Part shown: positions 50,321 through 59,476 of the stretch, one piece after another
Numbering within the stretch: position 1 is the first letter of the stretch
Layout: every line of letters starts with the position of its first letter
Assembly (NCBI GenBank): GCA_045606105.1
Contig: JAZURI010000002.1
Location: 192,001-256,000 of the forward strand
Direction: 5' to 3'
Source of the DNA: Spirochaetia bacterium
GTDB lineage: Bacteria > Spirochaetota > Spirochaetia > CADAEX01
Length of the DNA: 64,000 nt
The notes under the pieces: model-generated
What the model was told of the DNA's origin: nothing
What the model saw: the letters and a program-made list of their open reading frames with translations, nothing else
Database searches by the model: none
Position numbers and translations under genes: made by a program

Positions 50321-51076
50321 ATGGGAGTTTACAATATTTATTACAGCCCTACCGGGGGAACAAAAAAAGTTTCGGACATAGTGGCCGGAGCAATGAATAA
50401 AGATGCGGTAATCATCGACCTTCTGAAAAAGGATGACTTCGGCCGGGAATTTGCCGAGAAAGATATCTGTATAATGTCTGCACCTGCATTCGGGGGAAGA
50501 ATTCCTCAGGATATGGCAGAAAAGATAAAGACCTTCAAGGGGAACGGAGCAAATGCGGTTCTTGTGGCCGTATTCGGAAACAGGGCCATTGACGATACGC
50601 TGGCTGAGCTTCAGGATCTGGCTGCCGGTGCGGGCTTCAAGGTAACAGCGGGAATCGAAGCGGTGGCAGAGCACTCCCTTGCAAGGATGTACGGAGCAGG
50701 AAGACCTGATATTGAGGACAGGACCGAGCTTGAGGCATTTGTCGGAAAGATAATGGAAAAATATCAGAACCGGGATTTCAGCTTACCGGAGATTCCTGGA
50801 AAAAGACCATACAAGCAGTTCACGCCGTCACCCATGAAGCCGGTGGTGGATAATAATTGTACCGATTGTAAAAAATGTGCCATGGAATGCCCTGTGGATG
50901 CCATACCTATGGATAATGTGAAAGCTGTGGATGGAGAAAAATGTTTTCTTTGCATGCACTGTGCTGCCGTATGTCCGCAGAAGGCCAGAAATCATTCACC
51001 TGAAATCATGAAGGCCATAGAGGAAAGACTCCGCCCATTCTGTTCCGAAAGAAAACCGAACAGGCTCTACATTTAG
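50321..51076 (+). CDS. EFR1-type flavodoxin-fold plus 2x[4Fe-4S] ferredoxin protein
   Basis: YYSPTGGTKKV, PAFGGRIP, FGNRAIDDTL; CTDCKKCAMECP and CFLCMHCAAVCP. Confidence 0.88.
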   Translation: MGVYNIYYSPTGGTKKVSDIVAGAMNKDAVIIDLLKKDDFGREFAEKDICIMSAPAFGGRIPQDMAEKIKTFKGNGANAVLVAVFGNRAIDDTLAELQDLAAGAGFKVTAGIEAVAEHSLARMYGAGRPDIEDRTELEAFVGKIMEKYQNRDFSLPEIPGKRPYKQFTPSPMKPVVDNNCTDCKKCAMECPVDAIPMDNVKAVDGEKCFLCMHCAAVCPQKARNHSPEIMKAIEERLRPFCSERKPNRLYI

Positions 51077-51084
51077 GATAAATT

Positions 51085-51128
51085 GTCGCATGGCATGCGA
51101 CCAAACCTCTCTTTAAAAATTGTAGGAT
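51085..51128 (+). promoter_or_regulatory. Palindromic operator and -10 box upstream of the vWA gene
   Basis: GTCGCA-TGGCA-TGCGAC (51085-51101); TAGGAT at 51123-51128 with no recognisable -35. Confidence 0.55.
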
Positions 51129-51158
51129 GAATCATCAGATAAAAAGAGAGGTTTAAAA

Positions 51159-51815
51159 ATGAAAAATAATAACGACATTACAGAACTGGTATTCATCCTG
51201 GACAGAAGCGGCTCCATGCAGGGCCTTGAAAAGGATACAATCGGGGGCTTCAATGCCATGATCGAGAAGCAGAAGCAGCAGCATTCAGCCTGTTATGTTT
51301 CCACAATCCTTTTTGACCATGAAAGCAAGGTGATCCACGACAGGGAAAAGATCATGGAAGTATCTCCCATGACAGAGAATGACTACTATGTAGGAGGAAG
51401 CACCGCACTTCTGGATGCAATCGGAGGAGCAATCCATCATATAGGAAAGCTTCATAAGTACTTCGGTGGAGATGCCCCGTCAAAAACCATGTTCATGATT
51501 ACCACGGACGGAATGGAAAATGCAAGCCGCCGTTATGATGCAGCCACCGTAAAGATGATGATTGAAAGACAGAAGGAAAAATACGGATGGGAATTCATCT
51601 TCATCGGAGCAAATATAGATGCGGTGGAAACAGCCGCAGGATTCGGAATTGAAGCCGACAGAGCCGTGAACTACAATGCCGACAAGATCGGAACAAAGAT
51701 ACTGTACGAATCGGTGGCCGAAGTTGTCTGCAGCCTGAGAGCCTCAGCCCCTATCGACAAATCCTGGAAAAAGAACCTGGATGACGACTACAGGAAACGG
51801 GGCAGAAGAAAGTAA
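51159..51815 (+). CDS. Stand-alone von Willebrand factor A domain protein
   Basis: MIDAS motif ILDRSGSM; TALLDAIG, ITTDGMENAS, WEFIFIGAN. Confidence 0.9.
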   Translation: MKNNNDITELVFILDRSGSMQGLEKDTIGGFNAMIEKQKQQHSACYVSTILFDHESKVIHDREKIMEVSPMTENDYYVGGSTALLDAIGGAIHHIGKLHKYFGGDAPSKTMFMITTDGMENASRRYDAATVKMMIERQKEKYGWEFIFIGANIDAVETAAGFGIEADRAVNYNADKIGTKILYESVAEVVCSLRASAPIDKSWKKNLDDDYRKRGRRK

Positions 51816-51840
51816 GAGCTTAGGAGGATAAAATTATCTG

Positions 51841-51900
51841 ATATATTATGGGAAATATTTTTAACAGCCTCAGCGCTGTTATCCCATAATATATTTTTTT
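51841..51900 (+). terminator. Long hairpin terminator after the vWA gene
   Basis: ATATATTATGGGA pairs with TCCCATAATATAT around an inner TAACAGC/GCTGTTA stem; T run follows. Confidence 0.65.
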
Positions 51901-52015
51901 GCAGATTTCCATTCTTCGATTGATTTCAAAACGACTGCTTAACAAACTTAAGCTTGATTATCTGAAAAAAGATTAATACTCCCCTCCTCAAAAAACTTTT
52001 CTATAAACTTTTTCA

Positions 52016-52077
52016 GTTAGTTTCAGCTAACCACTTGACATATTTCCGAAAATTTCTTAAAGTTAGTTTAGACTAAC
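52016..52077 (+). promoter_or_regulatory. Promoter flanked by two GTTAG-N6-CTAAC operators
   Basis: GTTAG-TTTCAG-CTAAC (52016-52031), TTGACA (52035-52040), 17 nt, TAAAGT (52058-52063), GTTAG-TTTAGA-CTAAC (52062-52077). Confidence 0.75.
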
Positions 52078-52103
52078 GGATATAGAAAAGAAAAAGGAAA
52101 TAT

Positions 52104-52676
52104 ATGACTTTTGAGAAATTCATGATAAACCATATTGCACCTACCCTTTGCGGAATCAAAGCTGCCTCAATGTTTACCCTGCGGGACAACCTTTTTGTCA
52201 GGGATCTGGCTCTCAGATGGCAGAAAATGGTGAGAAAACACAGTATCGAGCTTGAATTTTTCCATACTTCCGAAAATCTGGTTATGTTCTTCTCCTTCAA
52301 TAGAGGCAAAATCGAGAACATTCTCAGCAATCCCAAGGTCAGAAGTTATCTCACAAGAAAGGGCTTCAATCTGAAAAACAGCTTCTCCGAAATAATGGAT
52401 GAGCTTTTTTCAAGACTGAAAAACAATGCCGGCTTTCCTCATGAGGTAGGTATTTTCCTGGGCTATCCCCTTGAGGATGTCATTCTTTTTGAAGAAACAG
52501 GAGGAAAGAACTGTAAATTCTGCGGCTACTGGAAATCATATTCCAATATCGAGGAGGCAAAAAAGCTTTGCTGTACCTTTGATAACTGCAGATGCATGTG
52601 TAAAAAATGGCTGGATGAGGGACTTTCGGTTTCCCAGATAGTCAGAAAATATAAAAAAGCAACAAGGGCAGCATAA
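52104..52676 (+). CDS. DUF3793 family protein
   Basis: APTLCGIKAASMF, FPHEVGIFLGYPLEDV, GYWKSY are DUF3793 signatures. Confidence 0.88.
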   Translation: MTFEKFMINHIAPTLCGIKAASMFTLRDNLFVRDLALRWQKMVRKHSIELEFFHTSENLVMFFSFNRGKIENILSNPKVRSYLTRKGFNLKNSFSEIMDELFSRLKNNAGFPHEVGIFLGYPLEDVILFEETGGKNCKFCGYWKSYSNIEEAKKLCCTFDNCRCMCKKWLDEGLSVSQIVRKYKKATRAA

Positions 52677-52767
52677 GCCGCCACTTATATAAAGAATACT
52701 AACCCCGCCAAATTCTCCTGTCAAACAACCCTACGGTGCCGGAAGGTGCTGGGGGTTCTCTTTTATT

Positions 52768-53292
52768 CTAAGGCCTGATCATGACTATTCCCGATGCTCC
52801 GCCCACCAGATTGTCTGACGGAAAGAAGCCGGGTATGCATCTTATCTCCCGGAAGCCCAGGGTTTCGTAGATATGACGGGCCTTCTTCCACTCCTCGTTT
52901 ACCACCAGCAGCAATGTTTCTGCCTGAGGAGCCGATTTTTCCATATGGCTGAGGGCTCCCTTGAAAAATGGTTTTCCCAGTCCCAGTCCACGGTATCTGC
53001 CGTCCAATGCGTAGGAGCTTATATAAAGGACCTTTCCTTCCGGGCTGTGGATTCCGGAGGCAGAGTGTCCCAGATAAAAGGCTTTGTTCTTGTCCGGGAT
53101 TTCATCCCACAGTTCACAGCAGAAATATCCCCATATCCTTCCCTTTTCCTCAAGAACGAGAAATCCCGGCGGAAAGGTCTTCATTCTGTCTGCAAAGACC
53201 TCCCGTTCTTCCCTGATACCCGGAATGAAGGCGCTTTCCTCTATTTCCATTATCCTGTCAAGATCCGATGATGAAGCCTCTCTTATTTCCAC
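52768..53292 (-). CDS. GNAT family N-acetyltransferase
   Basis: Probable GTG start (MEIREAS); YRGLGLGK acetyl-CoA loop, LVVNE..KARHIYETLGF. Confidence 0.85.
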   Translation of the reverse strand: MEIREASSSDLDRIMEIEESAFIPGIREEREVFADRMKTFPPGFLVLEEKGRIWGYFCCELWDEIPDKNKAFYLGHSASGIHSPEGKVLYISSYALDGRYRGLGLGKPFFKGALSHMEKSAPQAETLLLVVNEEWKKARHIYETLGFREIRCIPGFFPSDNLVGGASGIVMIRP

Positions 53293-53369
53293 CTTAAACC
53301 TCTGTTTTATCCAAAGATTGAATATCGGGACAACTTGCAATTATCCTTTTATATTATTATCATTATAAT

Positions 53370-54119
53370 ATGAAAAAAATATTTATAACAACAATTATTT
53401 CTTTCCTGCTTGTTCCGGTCATGAATCTCTGGTCCGCAGGTCTTACAGTCAGCCAGCTGGAGGAGAGTGTCAGGGATGGAAAGATTACAAATATTCTTGT
53501 GGATGAAGAACAGCTGAAGCTTTTTCCCGATTCCGATATCGGAAAGTATGCAGCTTCCATATCACCAAGCTATCCTATAAAGGTGGAATCTGCCACAGTC
53601 ATCAAGAGAGAGGGGCGCAGTACGCTGGATGTCCTGAACACCCTTACCGATATCTCTTCAATCAAGGGAACAAAGTATTATTCCCACGGCAAGAAGGAGG
53701 ATACCATCCTTTTCAAGGATGCCTACACAGTGGACTCCTACAAGAATCCTGTCCCTGTTGAGGATGTACAGGTTTCAGGCCGGCTTCCTGCAGGTCTTGA
53801 AATAACAGCCATGCTGGAGGATTCCCGCTTCAAGGACAATCTTTACCAGTTTTCATACCGTGTGGAGGAAAACCATATCTCCCTCATGATTACAAACTGG
53901 GATAATCTCAGGTTTTTCGGCTGCAATGCCATTGAAACCAACAATTTCATGTTTCTGCTCGACATTTTCCTTACCGAAGAGAATATTGTGGTATACAACG
54001 CCGGCTTCTGCAAGCCTTCCGTTCTCCCGGCCTTCCTTAAGGACAGGGTAAGAAACGCCATTACAAACCGGATGGATGCTCTGTTCGGTTGGTTTGAAGG
54101 TGAAGTCTGCAAAAAATGA
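53370..54119 (+). CDS. Exported hypothetical protein (spirochaete DUF6675-like)
   Basis: Signal peptide; LTDISSIKGTKYYS..TILFKDAY, DSRF, NRMDALFGW. Confidence 0.6.
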   Translation: MKKIFITTIISFLLVPVMNLWSAGLTVSQLEESVRDGKITNILVDEEQLKLFPDSDIGKYAASISPSYPIKVESATVIKREGRSTLDVLNTLTDISSIKGTKYYSHGKKEDTILFKDAYTVDSYKNPVPVEDVQVSGRLPAGLEITAMLEDSRFKDNLYQFSYRVEENHISLMITNWDNLRFFGCNAIETNNFMFLLDIFLTEENIVVYNAGFCKPSVLPAFLKDRVRNAITNRMDALFGWFEGEVCKK

Positions 54120-55318
54120 CAGAAAACAGTACAAAGAAATTCAACCCGTTCAAGGTTTCATCAATAGGTTTATCTCATTTTTCCCACGATGTGTTCAGCC
54201 ATTTCGTATCGCCGCTGCTGCCTATTCTCATCAACAATCTGGGAATGAATTATACAATGGCGGGAGCTATTTCCATATTCCACCGTTTCCCCGCTTTTTT
54301 CAGCCCTGTTTACGGCAAGATTGTTGAAAAAAGTGACAACAGGCTGGTTATCTGCATCTGTCTGCTGGTAACGGCAGGGGCAATATGCTGCATAACCCTG
54401 GCCCCCAATTATCTGATTCTCTGTCTTCTTATCCTTATCATGGGTATAAGTGCCAGCTTCTATCATATCCCGGCCATGAACCTGACCAAGGAGCACGCCG
54501 GCGACAGAACCGGTATGGGAATGAGCTTTTTCATGACAGGCGGAGAGCTGGCCAGAGGATTCGGTCCCCTTATCGTTCTTGCTACGGTAAGCACCTTCGG
54601 TGAAAGAAAGATCTACTATCTCTATCCCATTGCACTGCTTACAGCCTTGCTTATATTTTTCCAGTTCAGGGAAAAAAGAGACAAGAGTGCGGCCTCTGTA
54701 AAAAAGAAAAAAAAGGAGGAGGCTCCCTTCTTCACGGTTCTGGGAAAGGCAAAGACCTTCTTTCTGTTCTGTTTCCTTATTGCCCTGGCAAGAGCCTTTG
54801 TTGCTGCAGTACTCAACTCCTTCCTTCCCACATATCTGACAGGAATGGGGCATACGCTATGGTTTGCCGGTATTTCACTGACAGTACTCCAGTTTGCCGC
54901 CGTGTTCGGGACTCTTCTTTCAGGTACGGTTTCCGACAAGCTGGGCAAGATAAATACCCTGATCATCATAAGCATTTTCACACCGGTACTGATGTTCCTT
55001 TTCGTAACCTTCAGCATGATGGACGGACAGATTGTATTGATGGAGATATTCATTGCCCTGGTAGGATTTTTCTCATTCTCTTCGGCACCGGTCCTTATGG
55101 CCCTGATGCAGGACAGGGGAACTGAAAATCCGACTACCACAAATACCATCTACAGTATGACAGACTTTATCGTAAACGGAATTGCCCTTACCATCACAGG
55201 TATTCTCAGCGACATGATATCCATGGAAAAGGCTCTTATGGTATGTGCCCTCTTCTCCTGTATGGCGCTTCCTCTGGTTATGATCATGAAGTTCAAAGAA
55301 AAGAAATCAGCTGTCTGA
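54116..55318 (+). CDS. MFS transporter (Fsr-like)
   Basis: 12 TM segments; SHFSHD, FYHIPA, GMGMSFFMTGG, SDKLG. Confidence 0.88.
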   Translation: MTENSTKKFNPFKVSSIGLSHFSHDVFSHFVSPLLPILINNLGMNYTMAGAISIFHRFPAFFSPVYGKIVEKSDNRLVICICLLVTAGAICCITLAPNYLILCLLILIMGISASFYHIPAMNLTKEHAGDRTGMGMSFFMTGGELARGFGPLIVLATVSTFGERKIYYLYPIALLTALLIFFQFREKRDKSAASVKKKKKEEAPFFTVLGKAKTFFLFCFLIALARAFVAAVLNSFLPTYLTGMGHTLWFAGISLTVLQFAAVFGTLLSGTVSDKLGKINTLIIISIFTPVLMFLFVTFSMMDGQIVLMEIFIALVGFFSFSSAPVLMALMQDRGTENPTTTNTIYSMTDFIVNGIALTITGILSDMISMEKALMVCALFSCMALPLVMIMKFKEKKSAV

Positions 55319-56458
55319 AAGCTCCTCAAGGATATTTACAAGAAAAGGGTTGAGTATCATAAGTCCTTCATTTGTAAGGAAATATCTGTTATTCTCGTTC
55401 CTGAGCAGACCTCGGCTCATCCAGTCACGGCAGGTTTTCGGCATGACATCCTGAAGCCTTTTCCCGAATACGGAATCAAAATCAGCTTCCGAAATACCCT
55501 CTGTCATCCTGAATCCCATCATCAGGTACTCAAACAGATGCTCGGATTCCGATATCTCTTCCCGTTCACTTCCTCTGAAAATATCATCCGATTCAATAAA
55601 ACGGTGAATGTCGTGGGTTCCTGACAGCCGGAGAAGCCCTTTTCCCTCTGCCTTGTACAATGTGGAAACGCCGCCCGGGCCTGCTCCCAGATACTGCCTC
55701 AGGTGCCAGTAACCGATGTTATGACGGGATTCAAAGCCGGGTCTGGCAAAGTTTGATATCTCATATCTCCGGAAACCCGATTCCTCCAGAAAAAGAGCTC
55801 CCCGGTTCCATCCCTCTTCCCAGGCCGCAGTATCAGAGGCATCGTATCTTGCCGCTATGGGAGTTCCCTCCTCCACGGTCAGGGCATAGAATGAAATATG
55901 GTCCGGAAAAAATGAAAGCCCCTTTCTAAGATCAGCCAGCACCGATTCCGGCTCCTGACCGGGAACTGAAGCCATGAAATCCAGATTGAGTCTTCCGTTC
56001 CAGTGTTTTTTTACCAGTTCCACCCCTTTAACGGCAGCTTCTCCGGTACAGTGGCGGCCTAATGTCTTCAGGGTCCGGTTGTCAAAGGACTGGATTCCCA
56101 GACTGAGCCTGTTTACCGGTGAGCTTTCCAGAAGGCGGAGAAGCTCAGGTGTTATGGTTTCCGGGTTTGCCTCTATTGTTACCTCGGCCCCCGGTTCCCG
56201 TTCAAGGGCAGCGACAAAATCAAGAAGCTTTTCAAGAATATGATATGGAAGGGATGTGGGAGTTCCCCCTCCGATATATACAGTAGGGATTCTCCTTATC
56301 CCGAAATGCTCCAGACAGTCCCTGAGCTGCCTGATGGTACAGTCGGTAACTTTTTCCATGGTGCTGTGGTCTGTTATCGAAAAGAAGTCGCAGTAGCTGC
56401 ATTTTGAGTTACAGAAAGGAATATGAATGTAAACCGAAGCCTGGTCCCTATTTTCCAT
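55307..56458 (-). CDS. hemW: Radical SAM heme chaperone HemW (HemN-like)
   Basis: YIHIPFCNSKCSYCDF, YIGGGTP, TIEANP, NRLSLGIQSF, YEISNFA, SRHNIGYW. Confidence 0.9.
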   Translation of the reverse strand: MENRDQASVYIHIPFCNSKCSYCDFFSITDHSTMEKVTDCTIRQLRDCLEHFGIRRIPTVYIGGGTPTSLPYHILEKLLDFVAALEREPGAEVTIEANPETITPELLRLLESSPVNRLSLGIQSFDNRTLKTLGRHCTGEAAVKGVELVKKHWNGRLNLDFMASVPGQEPESVLADLRKGLSFFPDHISFYALTVEEGTPIAARYDASDTAAWEEGWNRGALFLEESGFRRYEISNFARPGFESRHNIGYWHLRQYLGAGPGGVSTLYKAEGKGLLRLSGTHDIHRFIESDDIFRGSEREEISESEHLFEYLMMGFRMTEGISEADFDSVFGKRLQDVMPKTCRDWMSRGLLRNENNRYFLTNEGLMILNPFLVNILEELSDS

Positions 56459-57089
56459 TGAAGCTGTAGATAACCTTCCTTTTTATACGGCCGGCATCAA
56501 CACCGCCCAGGCTTCTGGAATCGGAAATGTAGTTCCGGTTATCGCTGATAAGGTAATATTCATTCTCTCCCAGTTCGGTTTCCGGAATATCTCTCTGCAG
56601 CATGGAATCTGTCGGGATTGTTTCATGCTCCGTAATGAGAGCCTCTCCCGTTCCGGCAATGTAAACCCTGTCGGAGGTAATCCTGATCCTTTCTCCGGGA
56701 AGTCCGGCAATCCTTTTCACCGCATATCCACGGTCATAACCCAGCATATCCTCAGGAGAAATCATCTGACCGGTAACAAAACGGACAACAGCATCGGCAG
56801 CAGAGAGCCACCACGGGGCATCCCGGTAATAATCGGGTCTGTAAAGGACTACATCTCCCCTTTCAGGCTCTGTATACCACACCGGAACCGTCACCACCAG
56901 GGTTCCCTTTCCATATACGGGAGCCATACCGTCATTACCTATCCTGACAACATTTATTACAAAAGAGGAAAACAGCAGATAAAAAAGAGAGCATCCCAGG
57001 GCAAGAAACAGGATATCCTTTTTGGTTACAGGCTTCCGTACCTTGTTGCGGTTTCTGTAGCTGCGGGGAAATCGGTAAAATTTTCTCAT
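56448..57089 (-). CDS. Signal peptidase I homologue, probably catalytically inactive
   Basis: TM helix, RGDVV, VKRIAGLPGE, SDNRNYISDSR; box B reads GNDGMAP instead of SxSMxP. Confidence 0.8.
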   Translation of the reverse strand: MRKFYRFPRSYRNRNKVRKPVTKKDILFLALGCSLFYLLFSSFVINVVRIGNDGMAPVYGKGTLVVTVPVWYTEPERGDVVLYRPDYYRDAPWWLSAADAVVRFVTGQMISPEDMLGYDRGYAVKRIAGLPGERIRITSDRVYIAGTGEALITEHETIPTDSMLQRDIPETELGENEYYLISDNRNYISDSRSLGGVDAGRIKRKVIYSFNGK

Positions 57090-58063
57090 TATTCAATGCT
57101 TCCGGCTCTTCCTGCAGGCCAATATATGAAGGAAGCCTTGCCGAGAACCTTTTTTTCTGAAACAGGACCGAAAAATCTTCCGTCCCTGGAATTATCACGG
57201 TTTTCTCCCAGCGGGAATATCCAGCCCTCAGGAATATACCATCCGTACATGCTCTTTCTCCAGGAGGCCCTTCTTCCTGAATCGGCAGGGTTCAGTGCAT
57301 GATGCATTTCCTGTCTGTATTCGGAAAAAGCAATGGAATCCACCTCGGTGCTGTCCAGCTTCCTGAAAAGCTCCTTGTCCTTTTCCGTAAGGGGAAATCC
57401 GTAATCGTAGAATGCACCGGCATAACCGGCCTTTCTTATTTCAGGATATGTTTCCTGACTTACAAGTCTTCTGGTTCTGGCCGGATTGCGGTTAAGCTGA
57501 ACAAAACCAGCCTCCTTCATCCATTCCGGAGCTCCTGCCGGTCTTATTTCCATGTTTCCGTTGATGAATCTTATCCTGTCTCCGGCAGCACCTACCGCCC
57601 TTTTTATAAGGAAATGGGCCTTGGGCTCCCCGTAGGAATCCTTGTCTATATCAACCATGGAAAGGGTAACCATATAGATTATTCTCTGTGCTATGTCAAA
57701 AACAGGCCCTTTTGAAAGGTATGTGGGGCTTTCGAAAATAAGGATATCGCCCCTTTCAGGCTTTACAAAGCCCGGCAGCTTGAACATCCCCGGAATCAGC
57801 TCCGGTCCGTATATAAGCTTGTTTACAAAAAGATGATCCTTTACCAGCAGGGTATTCATCATGGAGCCGGTAGGAATCTGATATGCCTGAAAAAAGTACT
57901 GGTTTATGAGAAGAACAACCATGGCAGCCCACAGGAAGGATTTTATCCAGTCCAGGATCTGGTTGGCGTTTTTCTGCTTTTCCTTTCTCTCTGCCCTCTT
58001 GATTTTCCTGTATGTGAGATACTTCTCTGTATAAAGCTGAAGCTTGTCGTATAGCTGTTCCAT
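57089..58063 (-). CDS. lepB: Signal peptidase I
   Basis: Start MEQLYD; IPTGSMMNTL (catalytic Ser), LIKRAVG (catalytic Lys), GENRDNSRDGR. Confidence 0.93.
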   Translation of the reverse strand: MEQLYDKLQLYTEKYLTYRKIKRAERKEKQKNANQILDWIKSFLWAAMVVLLINQYFFQAYQIPTGSMMNTLLVKDHLFVNKLIYGPELIPGMFKLPGFVKPERGDILIFESPTYLSKGPVFDIAQRIIYMVTLSMVDIDKDSYGEPKAHFLIKRAVGAAGDRIRFINGNMEIRPAGAPEWMKEAGFVQLNRNPARTRRLVSQETYPEIRKAGYAGAFYDYGFPLTEKDKELFRKLDSTEVDSIAFSEYRQEMHHALNPADSGRRASWRKSMYGWYIPEGWIFPLGENRDNSRDGRFFGPVSEKKVLGKASFIYWPAGRAGSIE

Positions 58064-58128
58064 CTTTATAAATTTAACATAATACCATTCCGTTGACAAG
58101 AGACAAGGCAATTTCATATAATTCTATT
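58064..58128. promoter_or_regulatory. Divergent promoters sharing one TTGACAA -35 element
   Basis: Plus: TTGACA 58093-58098, 18 nt, TATAAT 58117-58122. Minus: TTGTCA 58099-58094, 17 nt, TAAATT 58076-58071. Confidence 0.7.
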
Positions 58129-59475
58129 ATGGAAGTAAAGCTTAAGAGCTTCATGGGAATGAAGCCGGGACAGTATCTTTTTTATCTCTATTCTGCTATT
58201 CTCCTTGTTATCCTGTTTTTCATCCTGGTTTTTCCGGGTCTCAGGAACAACGGCTCCGAGGTAAGCTTTGAATCGGATCCTGCGGGAACCTCCGTATGGA
58301 TGGGAGATACCTATGTGGGTTCCACACCATGTACCGCTTTTGTACCTGCAGGAAACCATACATTTGTCTTCAGAAAAACAGGATACGAAGAAAAAGCCCA
58401 TGCTGCGGAAATCGGAGGAAGAATCTTTGCTTCAGCCCTGATTCCGGCCAAAGCCACTGTTTCCGAAAAGCTTGAAATGAAAAATCTTGATATTATCCTG
58501 AAAAAGGGGTTCAGGGAATTTTCGGAATGGGGTCTCATAAACTCTTTTTCCCCCTCTTATCAGCCTGAACCGGTTCTGGAAAACAGTGCCCTGGCTATTC
58601 CCGAAAGCAGAAGAAAGGACCCTGCGGTACAGGCCTTCCTTGCAGACAGCATAAGAAATGTCTTTTCTCCCGAGCTTCTGAAGGATTATGCCAAAGCCTA
58701 TGAAATAATAAACGGCAGCCTGGAGGGCATCCCTGTTACGGCATCTCATCTGGGTCTCTGCGGCAACGGTATTGCCGGCATAAATCCAAAGCCGGATGTT
58801 CCCCTCAACGAAAGCAGGAATCCGTTATCAGGAGCTGTATCCGTTCCTGGAATCAGCCTCAGGGAAGTGCCGGGAGGAACCTATATCCTGGGAAACAAGG
58901 CCAGAAGTATTCCTACCGAAAATGCACCGGCCCTTTATACAAAGAAAATCAACGGCTTTTATATTTCGGAACAGATCACTAACCGTGAATTCTCGGCTTT
59001 CCTGAAATCAGAAAAAAAATGGAGACGGGAAAACATAAAGAATCTCATGGCAGAAAATCTGGTTACAGACCGGTATCTGCAGTCCAATCCCGACCTGCCG
59101 AGGGATGACAACCCGGTAACATTTGTTTCCTATCATGCGGCAGAGGCCTACTGTGAATGGCTGACAGGACAGTTGCCTCCTGAAATAAAGGCAGAATACA
59201 GATTCAGGCTTCCTTCGGAATATGAATGGGAGGCATGGGCACGGAACAACGGAACAACAGAAATGCAGACTGTATGGGACTGGTGCGGCAACTGGTACTT
59301 TCCGGCAGATACCTTCTATGAAGGGACATCAGCCTTTGACGGTGCGGAAATATCGGTCCGGGGCGGAAGCTGGATTAATGACAAGGGTTCAGTCAGCATA
59401 TGGTCCAGAGGATGTCAGCCCCCTGAATGGTGTACTCCGGTTCTGGGCTTCAGGGTAATCCTGGCAGGTAAATGA
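58129..59475 (+). CDS. PEGA domain plus SUMF1/FGE-sulfatase domain membrane protein
   Basis: TM helix; FESDPAGTSVW..YVGSTP (PEGA); ITNREF, PVTFVSYHAAEAYCEWL, FRLPSEYEWE, VRGGSW, GFRV. Confidence 0.85.
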   Translation: MEVKLKSFMGMKPGQYLFYLYSAILLVILFFILVFPGLRNNGSEVSFESDPAGTSVWMGDTYVGSTPCTAFVPAGNHTFVFRKTGYEEKAHAAEIGGRIFASALIPAKATVSEKLEMKNLDIILKKGFREFSEWGLINSFSPSYQPEPVLENSALAIPESRRKDPAVQAFLADSIRNVFSPELLKDYAKAYEIINGSLEGIPVTASHLGLCGNGIAGINPKPDVPLNESRNPLSGAVSVPGISLREVPGGTYILGNKARSIPTENAPALYTKKINGFYISEQITNREFSAFLKSEKKWRRENIKNLMAENLVTDRYLQSNPDLPRDDNPVTFVSYHAAEAYCEWLTGQLPPEIKAEYRFRLPSEYEWEAWARNNGTTEMQTVWDWCGNWYFPADTFYEGTSAFDGAEISVRGGSWINDKGSVSIWSRGCQPPEWCTPVLGFRVILAGK

Positions 59476-59476
59476 A

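Noticed and set aside
52727-52766. CCGGAAGG hairpin resembling SRP RNA helix 8
   Set aside because: Lacks the flanking CAGG and AGCAG; better explained as the DUF3793 terminator.
58072-58099. TTATGTTAAAT on the minus strand, identical to the XerD arm of dif
   Set aside because: The XerC arm (TTGTCAACGGA) lacks the ATAA core, and the sequence is explained as the lepB promoter.
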